Positions 11,589-24,239 of a stretch of 64,000 nucleotides of DNA are shown here, one piece after another. Under the pieces are notes generated by a model. That model searched no databases and was not told where the DNA came from. It saw only the letters and a program-made list of their open reading frames with translations. The DNA is from Neodothiora populina. Lineage: Eukaryota. The position numbers and the translations under genes are program-made. The DNA lies in contig NW_027191413.1 of NCBI RefSeq assembly GCF_041146345.1, positions 1,178,001-1,242,000 on the forward strand. Direction: 5' to 3'. How positions within the stretch are numbered: the first letter of the stretch is position 1; each line of letters opens with the position of its first letter.

Positions 11589-13477
11589 ATGGGTATATGT
11601 ACGTGCCTTGCACGAAGGAGCCTGGCACACTTGACCTGTCTGGGCTGTATCAAGCAGATAGTCTTTCTCTGATCGAGATAATGTTGACTGTTACATATGC
11701 TCATGCTTGTCCCGCCAATGCTATCGAGTACCTGTTTAAGGCCGTCCGCTGACTTGTGAATGCTCGAAAAGTACAGCAGATGTCGCGGCGGCTTCGCCTG
11801 CCTGGAAGCGCAGATCAAGCACGTTCGTTGATGCTATACATGACTTACCGGAAAAGGAGAGCATGGCTCCTGCCCAGCTCTACAGTACCGAGTCAGGCCG
11901 TCTCTTTCATTCAGGTAGAATGGTGATTGCCACCGTCGGTCTTCCTGCCAGAGGCAAGACTCACAACTCGGTCGCCTTGGGTAGGTACTTGCGCTGGCTG
12001 GGCGTGAAGACACGCATCTTCCATCTTGGTGATTACAGAAGAGCTACTGTCGGCCATGGCAATGACGTCCCTGATGACTACTTCTTCGTCAATGCATCTC
12101 CCGCTTCCGTCCTCTTGAGACAAAAGATCCTTCGTAAGTGTAGGGAGGATATTTATGACTTCCTTGAACACCAGAATGGTCAGATCGCTATCTACGACGC
12201 AGTCAATCCTACTGCCGCCGGTCGCATCATGCTTGCCAAGGAATTCGCGAAACACAATGTTCAGACGCTGTTCCTCGAGTCGCACTGCACTGACGAGAAA
12301 ATCATCGAGGAGAATGTCCGGAGTGTCAAGATCTCTTCACCCGACTACCAGGGCTGGACGTCAGAAGACGCAGTCAAAGACTATCTCGCCCGCATCAATG
12401 CCAGGATACCGCATTTCGAAACCATGGAGGAACCTGACTTGCACTACGTGAAGATGGTCAATGCTGGAGAGAGAGTGATTGTCAATCAATGCGCCTTCAA
12501 CTATCTGTCTCAACGCATAGTCTTCTATCTCCTGAATCTACACACCAAGTCACGTCAGACTTATTTCGCACGCGCCGGCACCACTCGTGCTGGAGAGTCG
12601 TATAAAGCCGATGCCTCACTTTCTTCCGAAGGACTGGATTATGCGAAGAAAATGGGCGAAACCTTGGTCAGACATCGTGAGGAGGAGCGAAAGAAACTGA
12701 TCGAGAGAGGCGCGCCGGAGGATCTTGCGCTGAAGCCCCTTACCATCTGGACCTCAACACGTCGAAGAACGGTCGAAACATCGACCCACTTGGCAGCGCT
12801 TGGCTACAAAGTGAGGCAACGCTCGCAAATGAGTCAATTGAATCCTGGTGTCTGCGAGAAAATGTCGGAGCAAAAGATAAGAGAAGTTTACCCCGATGAA
12901 GTGACCAAACATCAGGCCGACCCGTATCACCATCGTTATCCCAGGGCTGAGGTAAGTGTATTATGAGACAATCAGTTGATTGTAGTGGAGCTGACCTATC
13001 CGCAGTCTTATCACGATCTGGCAGTCCGACTTGAACCAATCATTCTCGAGCTTGAGCGTGAGCATAATGACCTCTTGATCATTGCTCACGAGAGCGTCTT
13101 GCGCGTCTTGTACGGCTACCTCATGGCTTGCAGCGCCACCGACATCCCAAAGCTACAATTTCCTCGTGATGAAATTATTGAGGTAATTACGGACATGCTA
13201 TTGAGATGCATTGCAGCAGCTAAACCCTTTGCAGATTATACCGGCCTCCTATAGCAATGAAGCAAAGCGAATTCATATACCAGGATTACCGGATCGCATC
13301 ATCCCATCAAGTCCAGAAGATCTCAAACTACCAGTGCCTCCCTCGGGTCAAATAACGCCATTCTCGGGCCTCGGCAGTCCAGTTGGCACAAATACACCAA
13401 CATTCTCCGGGGAGGGACAAGAATCTATTGGTGGCGTTGTTGTGGGCGAGAACGCCAGCATCCACCCTGCTGAGTAG
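11589..13477 (+). CDS. 6-phosphofructo-2-kinase/fructose-2,6-bisphosphatase family protein (YLR345W-like, degenerate phosphatase)
   Basis: P-loop GLPARGKT, motifs YHHRYPRAE|SYHDL and LIIAHESVLR. Exons 11589-11598 (ATGGGTATAT|GTACGT), 11777-12951, 13006-13182, 13235-13477, with phases consistent. The 10-nt first exon is less certain than the rest; the alternative start is 11863. Confidence 0.92.
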
Positions 13478-14466
13478 ACTCATGCACAATCCAGCGGACA
13501 ACCATCTGCAACATTCTCTCGTCTGCAAAGCTTGCAGTCAACAACTCCAATCAATATCTCTAGTGGTCCGAACATTGCAATTGATTCTCAATGCACAATG
13601 ACGCTTTGCTCGTGAGCAGCCCACGAGCTTTGCTTTATGACACTATGCAGTAGCCAATTGTTTCGTTGAGCGTTCTCGTGTTCAGTCTGCCAACTTACGA
13701 TCACTGCGATGGTGGATACGGACAACAGTCTGCCTTGTTGGGCGTCAGCCGGGAAGGTCAAACTATGTCGGTAGAGCGGAATAGACTTTATATATATGGT
13801 CAAGATCGCGAGATCAGTGAAGAGGGACCGTTCTTGCGAGATAGCTGCAATATGTTATCCATTGGCACGATTTTGCGGTACACAATGCCACATCCAGCGA
13901 TGTGAATGTACTGGGTGTTTATTTTTGGCATCTCTATGTAGAGCTAAGATCTCCAATTAAGATGTGCAAGCAGTATCCTCGACGCCGCCATATACCAGCA
14001 AATCAGTCCCAAACGGCAAGCACAGCAGCACTGTGTCCTATCACAACACAAGTCTGCAGCCGAAGAACCTTCTAGTCTCTAAACATGTTGCTATCGCTAT
14101 GAGTCAACAGGTGGGAGTGGTTGTAAGCGTAGTGATTGGAGAACACGTTCATCTTTTGTGGCCGGTATGTCCATTGCGGTAACTCGGTGATGGATGCCGC
14201 GAGGGTCCAGCTAATAATATAGAAATATAAAGTCGTGATGGAGTCATACATGGTCCGTGCAGTGGTATGTTGTGTGGGGTGGTGCGTATCATAGTCATCG
14301 ATGATGGATGGAGGTGACCTTATCCAAACAGATATATATATATATTTTCTCCTACTATTCCAAAACCCTTGTCCTCTTGTATCTACACTGCTCACCTTAT
14401 AACACTACCTATAGGCGTCTGTTGCTGGTGAATCTCACATCTGCACTTCCACAGAGTCGAGCCACC

Positions 14467-16615
14467 ATGGCATCCCGAAGTGACCGATTCCAGAAGCTAA
14501 CGCCACACGAACGGCGGGCAGGCGAATCTGTATGCAGGAATGCGCCTCTAGCATTTCAGGAGAGATATATAGCTAACATACCACCTTCTGCAGGCATTGA
14601 GTGAATTCGCAGACTATGTCCAGCAACAGCAGAAGCTACGGCGACTTCCACATAAAGAGGAGGACGGCAATGACTCCGCATATGGCACTCAGTCGATAGT
14701 TACCGAAGACCACGCCGAACTCGATATCCTCGACACTCTCAACCTCAGCGACGAACCCCAACAAGTCCGATTGAAGCCTCTCCTACTTGACCAGTCTGCC
14801 GATGCGGATGAGAGCATTTCCCTGCTCACTGGCGTCGTCAATGGCCGGCTAGAAGAGGGCAATGGCGAAACCCTGTTTGATCTCGGCCTCGAGGACAATG
14901 GCGATAATATGGCGTTCACAAAAGAAGATTGGGACTTTGCATTGGCGCGGATACAGCAGGTCACCAATTCAATAGGCGCCGACATCAAGTTGTTAATGAC
15001 CAGGAATGTTGGTGGAGACGTGGAAGTGGAGAACGTGAATCCTAAGGATAAGGCTGTCACTGGCAAGATGATCATGAGAAGAAGACCGCAGTCTGTTGAT
15101 GATGTTATTGAGACACGCGTAGTGGTCGTGGGAAATGGTATGTGTTCTCGAGGTATCCCATACTCTTTACCCGGAGCTAACGTCGGACTTAGTCGATGCG
15201 GGAAAGAGTACTATGCTCGGTGTGCTGGTAAAGGGCGGTCTTGACGATGGCAGGGGTAAAGCTCGTGTCAACCTCTTCCGCCATAAGCATGAGATCGAGA
15301 GCGGACGAACGAGCTCCGTCGGAATGGAAATCATGGGTTTCGACAGCAAGGGCGAGATCGTCACCTCTATGGTCCCTGGCAGGAAACTGTCCTGGGAGGA
15401 GATTGGCAACAGATCGTCCAAAGTGATCAGCTTCACCGATTTGGCTGGCCACGAAAAGTATCTGAGAACTACGGTCTTTGGAATGCTGAGTAGTGAGCCA
15501 AATTACTGCCTGCTGATGGTCGCTGCCAACAATGGTCTCATAGGAATGAGCAAGTAAGTCCACCACGATTGGGAATCCAATGGTAGGCAAGATACTAACG
15601 GGGCTACAGAGAGCATTTGGGCATAGCTCTGGCTCTAAACGTTCCTGTCATGGTCGTCATCACGAAAATTGATATTTGTCCTCCCCACATTCTTCAGCAG
15701 ACCATAACGCAATTAACCAAGATTCTCAAGTCTCCTGGTGCTCGCAAAATTCCGATATTCATCAAGAACCGAGAAGAATGCGTCAACACTGCAGTAAGTA
15801 AATGTTCCGTGATAAGTTAGTATTGTCGTTTCCCTGACATCTCCCCGCAGACACAATTCATCAGTCAACGGATATGTCCCGTGTTCCAGGTCTCCAACGT
15901 GACTGGCGAGTCACTCGATTTGGTCAGGACGTTCCTGAATATTCTTCCTCACCATGGCCACTACGATGCCAATGCTCCATTCGAGTTCCATATCAATGAC
16001 ACGTTCTCTGTTCCTTTCGTTGGCACCGTCGTCAGTGGTGTCGTCAAGTCCGGCGTGATACACGCAGGAGATACAGTACTGATCGGCCCAGACTCACTTG
16101 GACAGTTCACTACGACTGCAGTTCGCAGCATAGAGCGGAAGCGTATCGCGGTGCCTGGCGCAACCGCAGGGCAAAGTGCGAGTTTCGCACTCAAGAAAGT
16201 GCGGCGCAAGGACGTCCGGAAAGGAATGGTCGTGTTACTGAAGAACGATGACAAGCCCCCAGTCGTATACCGGGAGTTCGTTGCCGAAGTCCTCATTCTC
16301 AGCCATGCCACCACTATCAAGACCAAGTATCAAGCGATGCTTCATGTTGGTCCTGTATCGCAGACTTGCGCCATAATCGATATTGATCGCGCTTACATCC
16401 GCACTGGAGATAGGGCGACTGTGGCGTTCAGATTCGTGCAAAGACCTGAATACTTGGCTGTTGGTGATCGAATACTGTTCCGCGAGGGTCGAACAAAAGG
16501 ACTCGGCATCGTCAAGGCTGTTGGGTACGATCCTGCTGTTCCTCTGAATCCAGAAGCAGCTAAGGAGAGAGAAAAGACAGAAACAGGAAACGCAGCCGGC
16601 AAGGCTGCTGCATGA
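14467..16615 (+). CDS. GTPBP1: GTP-binding protein 1 (GTPBP1-like translational GTPase)
   Basis: GCCACCATGG start. Exons 14467-14529, 14594-15137, 15193-15553, 15610-15793, 15851-16615. G1 [23 protein letters not shown]3 DLAGHEKY, G4 TKID, and EF-Tu-like domains II/III. Confidence 0.95.
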
Positions 16616-17631
16616 TGAACTTTATGTATATTTGTCACTTTCGACGTACTGTAGTTTGGGCTGTCGTCGAGGGACGGCCTCTGCAGGTTCGCCTTTTCAT
16701 TTTCGGATGGGCTGGTCCCGAACACGGTCAGAGGCGTCAGCGTCTGTGAGAATGAGCGAGTGCGTTTCTGCGACGGCGCATAATTTTATCGTTACACATA
16801 GGAGCACGGCGCAGACCAGAGCATTTTCCTTGTATTCCATGAAACAAAGTAGTTCTGTGAACCCACCTTTACGTTAATGCACGAAATCCATGAACAATTA
16901 ACATGACTCAACAAAAACAATCAGCATGTTATTCGCTCAATCGTCGCTTTAAGGCAGTCATATTTCCATTAAAGCTTTCAGTGTCTGATTTCATGCTCAG
17001 TCGGGAAGGCGCGACCTATGTCGTTCGTCTGCGCTTATTTCTTGCCTTCTAAATGGCGAATCCCTAGAACCATAATAAATATCGATCATATACACACCCT
17101 TTCTATTCTACTGCTTTGCATTGATTATACTTGACCTCATATCATTCGACTTCAGGGACAGGGTCACTCGTTCTAGCAAAGACATCTATACCAGCAACTC
17201 TTATCACCGTTCATGAATACTTTTTCTGCTTTGTCAATATCAAAGCTGGAAAACGAATCGGAAAAGACAGTCAGCAGATCTTCGAAACAACTTGTCAACT
17301 TGCGGGCTGTTGAAAAGACTATCATAACGACCTGGCCTTTCTGTCAAGATATGGAAGGACTTCCATCTTATGCTGAGGCAATGTCTAGTGGAACGGAGCA
17401 TGGAGTAACGAGCAATCACGAATCTGGTTTGGCGAGCCTTTCGGAAAGGGTATCTCAGCCATATCAAGATATCTGTGGAACGGGGAGTCACCGTCACGAT
17501 GAAGCAGCAGGATCTGCTGCATCTGATTGTTCTTCCACCTCCTACACTCTGAGCGTGGGATCACAGCAGTCGACGGGACAGCCAGAGTTAGATGCCGACT
17601 CCACTCGGAGACAGCTCGTCTGACAGAGGAT

Positions 17632-19140
17632 ATGAGGCAACATGAGCGGATGAGAAGAAGTGGAGCCGCGGTCACCCTCGTGGAGATGAAGGGAAATATG
17701 TCATCGCCTGAAGGCCACAGTGCTTGTGGGACCCCTGGGAAGACTAACTCCGATATATACAAGTACACATTGGCCTTGCGCAGAAAAAAGGGGGCAATAA
17801 CGCCCGAAGTACTTGCAGAGCAGTATTGTATCGCGCTCTACTGCTCTCCTTGATTCCATGTCACACTTTCTGATAAGCGAGCAGTCATATTGCAATCAAA
17901 TCTCTTGCAAGACGATGCCATACACCAAGCAGTGACGGGTCTCCTGGAACTTGAAGGTTACTTCAATAAGACCAAGGAAAACTCAGGAAGCAGAAGTTTG
18001 ATACCGCCGGAGAAAGCAACAGATGTTTACAGCCAACGGTATCTTGTCTGTGAGTAAGCCTTCTTACCTTTGCCGTGGGACTTATGATCATATGAAGCGA
18101 AACTGATTCAACCTCACTGTAGTCTGGATTGAGAGTTGTCTCCTGCACGGCATCTACGATGAAGCGATGGAACAATTCTTGTTGGCGCAGCAGGGAAAGC
18201 CGATCGTTGATTATGCTTATGCAAATGCGTTCTTCGATCTGTGCAGTCACACAGCCTATATCCTCCAAGCTAGACCAGGTAACTAATTCACAATCCAGTT
18301 GCCGCCAAGCTACACATGATAAAATGGTTGCAAAATACTACCAAGAATGTTTGTGTACTATGCAAAGCGAGTGAAAGCCTAGAAAACACCTTGAAGCCGT
18401 GTGAAAAGTGTCAGCAGGTCAAATTCTGCTCGGAAAAGTGCGAGATTAGGGCGACAGAAGCAGGATGTTTCCACACATATTGCTGTCCCGCTTACCTCCA
18501 GAGACATCAAATCCGAGAGTCACTCGTCTGTGCGCAAGCAGCGATGGATGAGAGACGGGCGCAGCAGGCATCAGATGAAGCTTTGATTGATGCGAAGTCA
18601 GAGAATATTCGAGGCTGGTTGACAAACCTAGTACAAAACGATGTCTTTGGTGTCCTCATAGACTCCTACCGCTTGCGTGCAGACGATGAATTCGTCTTCG
18701 AGAAAAAGCGACGAGGTCTCTATGCTGGTGGTCGTAACAACAAGCCCATCGATGACTTCAAAGACTTTCTGAACCGCGCCGAGCAGGCAAAGCCAAAGCT
18801 ACTGCCGCACTGGTTGAACTACTCGCGCAGACTGCTCTGTGAGAGGAAGGCTGAGGGCTGTAGCTCTCCACAGCTAATGCTGAAGATCAATGAGCGCCAG
18901 ATTAATGATACTTATTTTCATAAGGATTGGCCCATCATGATGCGCACTCTGGCGAGCAAAATCTATGGGCATGATGTGGACAGATCACCAAGGGCAACGG
19001 TCACGAAAGACCTTCCTTTCATCGTCAAGATGTTCGATAGTTGCTTGGCGGTGTCTGGGACTGGAGAGGGTCGATTACAGAGGGCAGATGAGGAGTTCCG
19101 ACGGCGCATGGTGGACCCACCTGCTTCATGGAAGCGGTAA
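17632..19140 (+). CDS. MYND-type zinc-finger domain protein (fungal, unknown function); 5' structure uncertain
   Basis: ORF 18316-19140 has CxxC...CxxC..FCSxxC...HxxxC followed by the LIDSYRLRxDD...F..FL..AE...LLP.W segment. Upstream in-phase exons can be built using introns 17828-17884 and 18050-18122. The junction near 18246-18298 and the start codon are unclear. Confidence 0.6.
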
Positions 19141-19249
19141 GATGCATGTCTTGGGTCGTCTGACGTTGTATAATGAAGGCAAAGGAGAGTTTGGTATCAA
19201 GATAGCACCCTCGTTGGCGTTTTGGACACTCGGTTCAACGACCTTAGTC

Positions 19250-21209
19250 TTAAATTGTGGATCCATCCTGATTGTCGGAACTTGGCTTCGCAGCGACCTG
19301 AGTCTGCTTTCCTAGAGAACGAAGGTATTGCTCGCGCTTGGAACCACCCAAACCTTCTGCTTCCAACTTGGCTTTTTTGGTCTTGATCCTATGTTTCTTA
19401 CTGCTGGTGTGCTGAAGCCAATCACTTTCTGTGACTGCAGTCATATCACACACCTCACAGTATTTCCGCACCCACAGGTCTACCCTAGTACTCAAATCTT
19501 CTCGCCTTCGTGGTTTAGAAGAGTCTTGGATGGAAGAGTTTGGTGATGACGTCTCGGCTCCATCCTCGTCAAGATCCGGCAACATTTCTGCGGCCAGAGA
19601 GCTGAGAGAGCGCGGATTAGGCATCTCATCGTCTTTTTCCTGCAGGAACTTGCCCACTAGGTCAAGAGCTGGATCCGAGACTTGACCAGTCCAGCTCGCT
19701 GTATTAGAAGAGTCGAGCAAATAGAAGATGCGCTGTTTATGTTGCTGTGCAGTAGAGGTGCTCATAGCGTCTGTGACACTCGCATTACTCGATTCAACAA
19801 GCGAGGGACTTTTCTTCGATGCGGACGCTATTGCCGTGGCTAGTTTTATCCGAATCCATCTCGTTTGTCGTTTGCTGTATTGCCTTGTCGCGGCTTTTGT
19901 ACGTTCTGTGGCTTCCGAGAAGAGTCTGTCTAGGTCAGGTTTGGCATCTACTGGATCCAGAGGCTGATCAGATGAAGGATGGCGAGCGCAATAGTACTCG
20001 AGAAACTCCTTGTACCCAATCGATACCCAGATCCCGCGTGTCATGTCAACGGGCTTGCCCGCGCGTGCTTGCTCGTCGGCGAAGCGCGATAAAGTCGCCA
20101 CTTCATCTAGTAAGCCTTGCGATAACATCTTGTCTACGCGAGCGTCGAGACGTGCTGCTAGGGCTGGAGACTTTGCGTTCACCCACAGTACTAGCGTTCG
20201 TGTGCGTAGTGGAGATGCTACCGCCGGAGCGTCGTTGGGTTCCAGATCCTCTGACGGTGTGGCTGCGGCTCCTCGTCGAGCTCGTTGCTCAGCGTAGGTC
20301 TCCGATGCGGGTCGTCCGGTCTGTAGATACATCTCGAGACTCCGGCGTATCTTACGGTGGTCTTTCGGATGCCAGCGATCTGCCATGACAGGGTCGACTT
20401 TGCGAAGTTCGGCGAGGATCTCAGGCGTTGACGCGCCCAGGATGGGCCATTTCGCATTCGAATCTTGTTGGCCCTGAGTCTCTCTATCGGATGCTTCGCC
20501 ACTTTCGACTCCTGCCACAGTGGTAGACACAGCTCCATCATCTTCGCGGTTCTTCCCAGCAAGTGTATCATGAAACAGCAGTGACTGCGTATAATAATGC
20601 GTCCCGCCCACCAGGACAGGAAGCCGACCTCGACTTCTGATTTCTTGTATCTTCTGTAGCGCGTGCGTGACGAAATCGCCTACCGTCCACGTCTGCTCGT
20701 CCAGACCGATCTCGCCGAGCAAGTGGTGCGGTATGCCTTCTTGCTCGTCCAGGGGGATCTTGTTAGTGATGATCGGCAGGCCTTTGTATAGCTGCATTGC
20801 GTCGCCGTTGATGATTTCGCCATTGTAGCGTTTGGCTATGTTTACTGCTAGCTGTGCGGGAGGTGGTGAGTTTTGACATGTCTCTTAATTCAATTGATTT
20901 TTATTGATCTTGCAGGTGACTCGATGAAGGAAACAAAAGATGAGTTCTTATTTTATGTTTTAAGTGTATGCGGATGATTCATCCTTTTTTTTCAACTCTC
21001 TTCTTTCTTGAAGCATTTGCAAATTGACAAAAGACAATGGCTGATGATGGAATATGAAAATAATACCTACATACCTCCGACTTGCCTGTTCCAGTCGACC
21101 CAACGACGGCGATCAAGGGAGCTCGCCAAGAAGAGTGGTGTTGGTGGGACATGATACTACTGTAGAAAACTCTCTTTATCAAAGTCCCCGAAACTGCTTT
21201 CCCAAGCAT
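19250..21209 (-). CDS. MOD5: tRNA dimethylallyltransferase (isopentenyltransferase)
   Basis: Exon 1 (21209-21075) has P-loop VGSTGTGKS. Intron 21074-20852. Exon 2 reads LAVNIAKRYNGEIINGDAMQLYKGLPIITNK...VGGTHYY...SIGYKEF...TRQYSKRQTRW, with a C-terminal CxxC...H...H zinc finger. Confidence 0.95.
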
Positions 21210-21483
21210 TTGACAACTCTCTCCTCAAAACGAGTGACGTTGAAACAACAGAAAGTTCTTGGATAACCACGCTTGTCCACTACGAGAATGTCATGATTCC
21301 ATGATGCGATTTACGACAACGCAAGCGAAGAAAAGGCTCGCGCTTTGACGAACTTCGACAAAGCCTCTTCTTGGCAACATAAGTATTCCCATATCATTAA
21401 ATCTCGCCGAGTGCATTGTACTAACTACATACTGCTGAAAGGAGAGAATATCATAGACATTCGATTCGACAAGTTACAGAAAC

Positions 21484-22443
21484 ATGGCAGCAACCAAGCA
21501 AGAAAGGGAACCCTCTGTAGAGACGAAAAGTCTTACCTTTGCTTTTCCGGATGGCAGCTCAGGTCTGCAGAACGTAACGCTTGATCTACCACACAGTAGT
21601 CGAACACTTTTGATTGGAGGTGAGTCATGGCATCCTCCCGACTCTACGAACCTCGTGATATCAAATACAACACAATATATTCCTAAAATCATGAGAGCAT
21701 TGCACTAACAACAAACCCTCCACATAGCAAATGGAGCAGGTAAAACCACTCTACTGCGCCTGCTCTCAGGCAAGCGCATGTCTCCAGCAGGAACAGTGTA
21801 CGTCGGGGGCGTGGACCCCTTCATCGAGGGTCTCGAGGGAGTGACATACCTCGGCATGGAGTGGACGCTGAACAGCATCACGCGCACCGACATCGACGTG
21901 CCCACTCTGCTGTCCTCGATCGGAGGCGACGCATACCCAGAGCGCCGCGACGAGCTCGTGCGCATCCTCGACGTCGACCTCTCGTGGCGTCTCCACGCCG
22001 TCTCCGACGGCGAGCGCAGACGCGTCCAGTTGTGTATGGGCCTCATTCGGCCCTGGACGGTTCTGCTGCTTGACGAGATCACTGTTGATCTCGACCTCTT
22101 GTCTCGACATAACTTCCTGCAGTTCCTGAAGCGCGAGACAGAGTCGCGCAAGTGCACCATCGTCTACGCCACTCACATCCTTGATAACTTGGCTGAGTGG
22201 CCGACGCATCTTGTTCATATGAGTCTGGGCAAGGTGAGGCAGGCGGGCCGGGTGGAGGACTTTGATATCGATTCTGTCAAGGAGGTCATTCCCGGTAATT
22301 CTCGCCTTGGTCAATTGGTGTTGCAGTGGTTGCAGGAGGATCTCAAAAATAGAGGACCTAGGAATGGTATGAGGTCTGAAGGCATGAGTTATCCGAATCT
22401 TGAAGGCAAGGGAGGGTTCGGGTTTGAGAAGAGGGCTGATTAA
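21484..22443 (+). CDS. CAF16: CCR4-associated ABC ATPase (soluble, no TM domain)
   Basis: Exons 21484-21619 and 21728-22443 join to form Walker A GANGAGKTT. Signature VSDGERRRVQL, Walker B LLLDEITVDLD, switch YATHILD. Confidence 0.92.
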
Positions 22444-22844
22444 GGGCATCCTGTCTGTCTAGGAAGGAGGATCTGGGGAGGAGTCACGCTGTTCAACATG
22501 TTGGCTAACGACTGATGTTTGTGTTGCATCACTTCAACACATAGATGATTTGGGTATCAAGACGGACGGAACGATTTTCAACATTACTACTTTCATGGGT
22601 TACTTCAACACTGGTGGGCCGGGGTTCATATAGCATCCATTCTGTTACGATCTTCATCGGCAAAATCATAACTCGCACGGCGAATTCAGAAGGTCAGATA
22701 CGGTGTATTTCATATATGTTCAAGTCATTATCTTTCCCAAATTCATCTATCATCTCATCATGTGTTAAAGTCTGTAAATGCGAGCACTCCGTGACCAATG
22801 CAACCGTTCCATGCAATGCATCTTCCAAGTCCAGTTCTACTCAT

Positions 22845-24239
22845 CTATGATGCGTGAGCATCCTGGGTGCCTCCGTACGCAGCATGGTTCTGTCTATCGG
22901 CTTCAAGAAGACCAGTCTCCTCTCCTTCGCCGTCCGAAGCCGCATCGGTTGGGTCGTTGAAGTTGGGTACCCAACCTCTCATCCATCCGCTGACTCTACG
23001 CCATCTCCAGCGACCATGATCGCCAGCCTCTTCTAGGATGACGACCTTCGAGCCTTCACCGCCGTCTCCATACATCAAAAATTGTACCCCGACGGCGCCA
23101 TCTAGTCCGAGTACGCCCGCTGCACCGAGCCAGAAAGGCAGAGCGTTCAAAAGCCACTCTACGCGGTCGTTACCTTCCTTGCCAGCCCAGCCACTGTTTC
23201 CATAAGGACCACAAGAATACCATGCGTTTGGGTTTGTGGCAATGGAAGTGCTGTAGAACAGATTGCCGAAGAATGCGGCGATGAACAGTCCGGGTGAAAG
23301 ACCCGCGGTGGACTTTCTCGACCAATTCTTGTAAATCTGTGGCACGCGGGATCCAAGGTAGAGAACAGTACTGACCCACGACAGGACCATGCCAGCGGCC
23401 TCGAGCGGAGTCGGGCCTTCTTGCACAGCTTGCGAGACCATCGTCGGCGGAGGTGTCTTGACTGGTGATGCTGTGACGAGAGAGATCAGGCAGGCGATCA
23501 TGACAATCGTGCGAGGCGACGGTGAACCCAAAGATCCCGATGCTTGGGTACGGTAGATTGTACGTGCTCCAGCTCGGCAAGGGGGACTGCCATTGCCGTC
23601 TTTCTCGTTGCCGTCTTCGTCGATGTCACGATAATCAGGCATGCGCCACATGCCTGCCTGCACGCGCTGCGTAGTGTTGATATCCTTGGCCTGGCTCTTG
23701 AAACTTCTGTTGTCCGATGTGTCTGTTCCAGAGGTCTGCCTGCTCAGAGCCGACATTCCCTCGATGACTACTTGCGACATGTCGCCATCTCCTCCCTCAT
23801 TGTCTCTATTCTCGCCGTGTTGTTTCCTCGGCCAGGCGAGTCGTATCGTGTAGCCGTGCTTCAGCTTCTCGTACCACAGCCACTGTGCGACCAACATGAA
23901 GTCCACCAGACAGTAGTAGGCTGCTATGATCGTCTGCCATGCCGCCTGGTGCGTGAAGATGGCTCCGAGCAAGTTCGTCAGATCTCCCAGGCACCACTCC
24001 ACCAGAAAGAAGATGGAGAGTCCCGAAGTGCTTTTCAACGAGTGATTCTTGTAGATCTGCGGCAACTGAGCGAACAACCAGCTGACTATCGATAGCGTTC
24101 CCAGGGTAGTGGATATGAGCGCAAGGTTCGTGGGGATGCATGTATGGAACGTGGCCGAGAAACGCTGCAGTATCTCGCTCTCCGGACTACATTGTTCTGG
24201 TAGCGCTGGACGAAGTGACTGTAGTAGTTGCCATGACAT
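22845..24239 (-). CDS. PQ-loop vacuolar membrane transporter (YPQ/RTC2-like cationic amino-acid exporter)
   Basis: 464-aa ORF with two PQ loops (AQLPQIYKN, SRVPQIYKN), hydrophobic helices and a C-terminal acidic dileucine EEETGLL. Confidence 0.9.
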   Translation of the reverse strand: MSWQLLQSLRPALPEQCSPESEILQRFSATFHTCIPTNLALISTTLGTLSIVSWLFAQLPQIYKNHSLKSTSGLSIFFLVEWCLGDLTNLLGAIFTHQAAWQTIIAAYYCLVDFMLVAQWLWYEKLKHGYTIRLAWPRKQHGENRDNEGGDGDMSQVVIEGMSALSRQTSGTDTSDNRSFKSQAKDINTTQRVQAGMWRMPDYRDIDEDGNEKDGNGSPPCRAGARTIYRTQASGSLGSPSPRTIVMIACLISLVTASPVKTPPPTMVSQAVQEGPTPLEAAGMVLSWVSTVLYLGSRVPQIYKNWSRKSTAGLSPGLFIAAFFGNLFYSTSIATNPNAWYSCGPYGNSGWAGKEGNDRVEWLLNALPFWLGAAGVLGLDGAVGVQFLMYGDGGEGSKVVILEEAGDHGRWRWRRVSGWMRGWVPNFNDPTDAASDGEGEETGLLEADRQNHAAYGGTQDAHAS

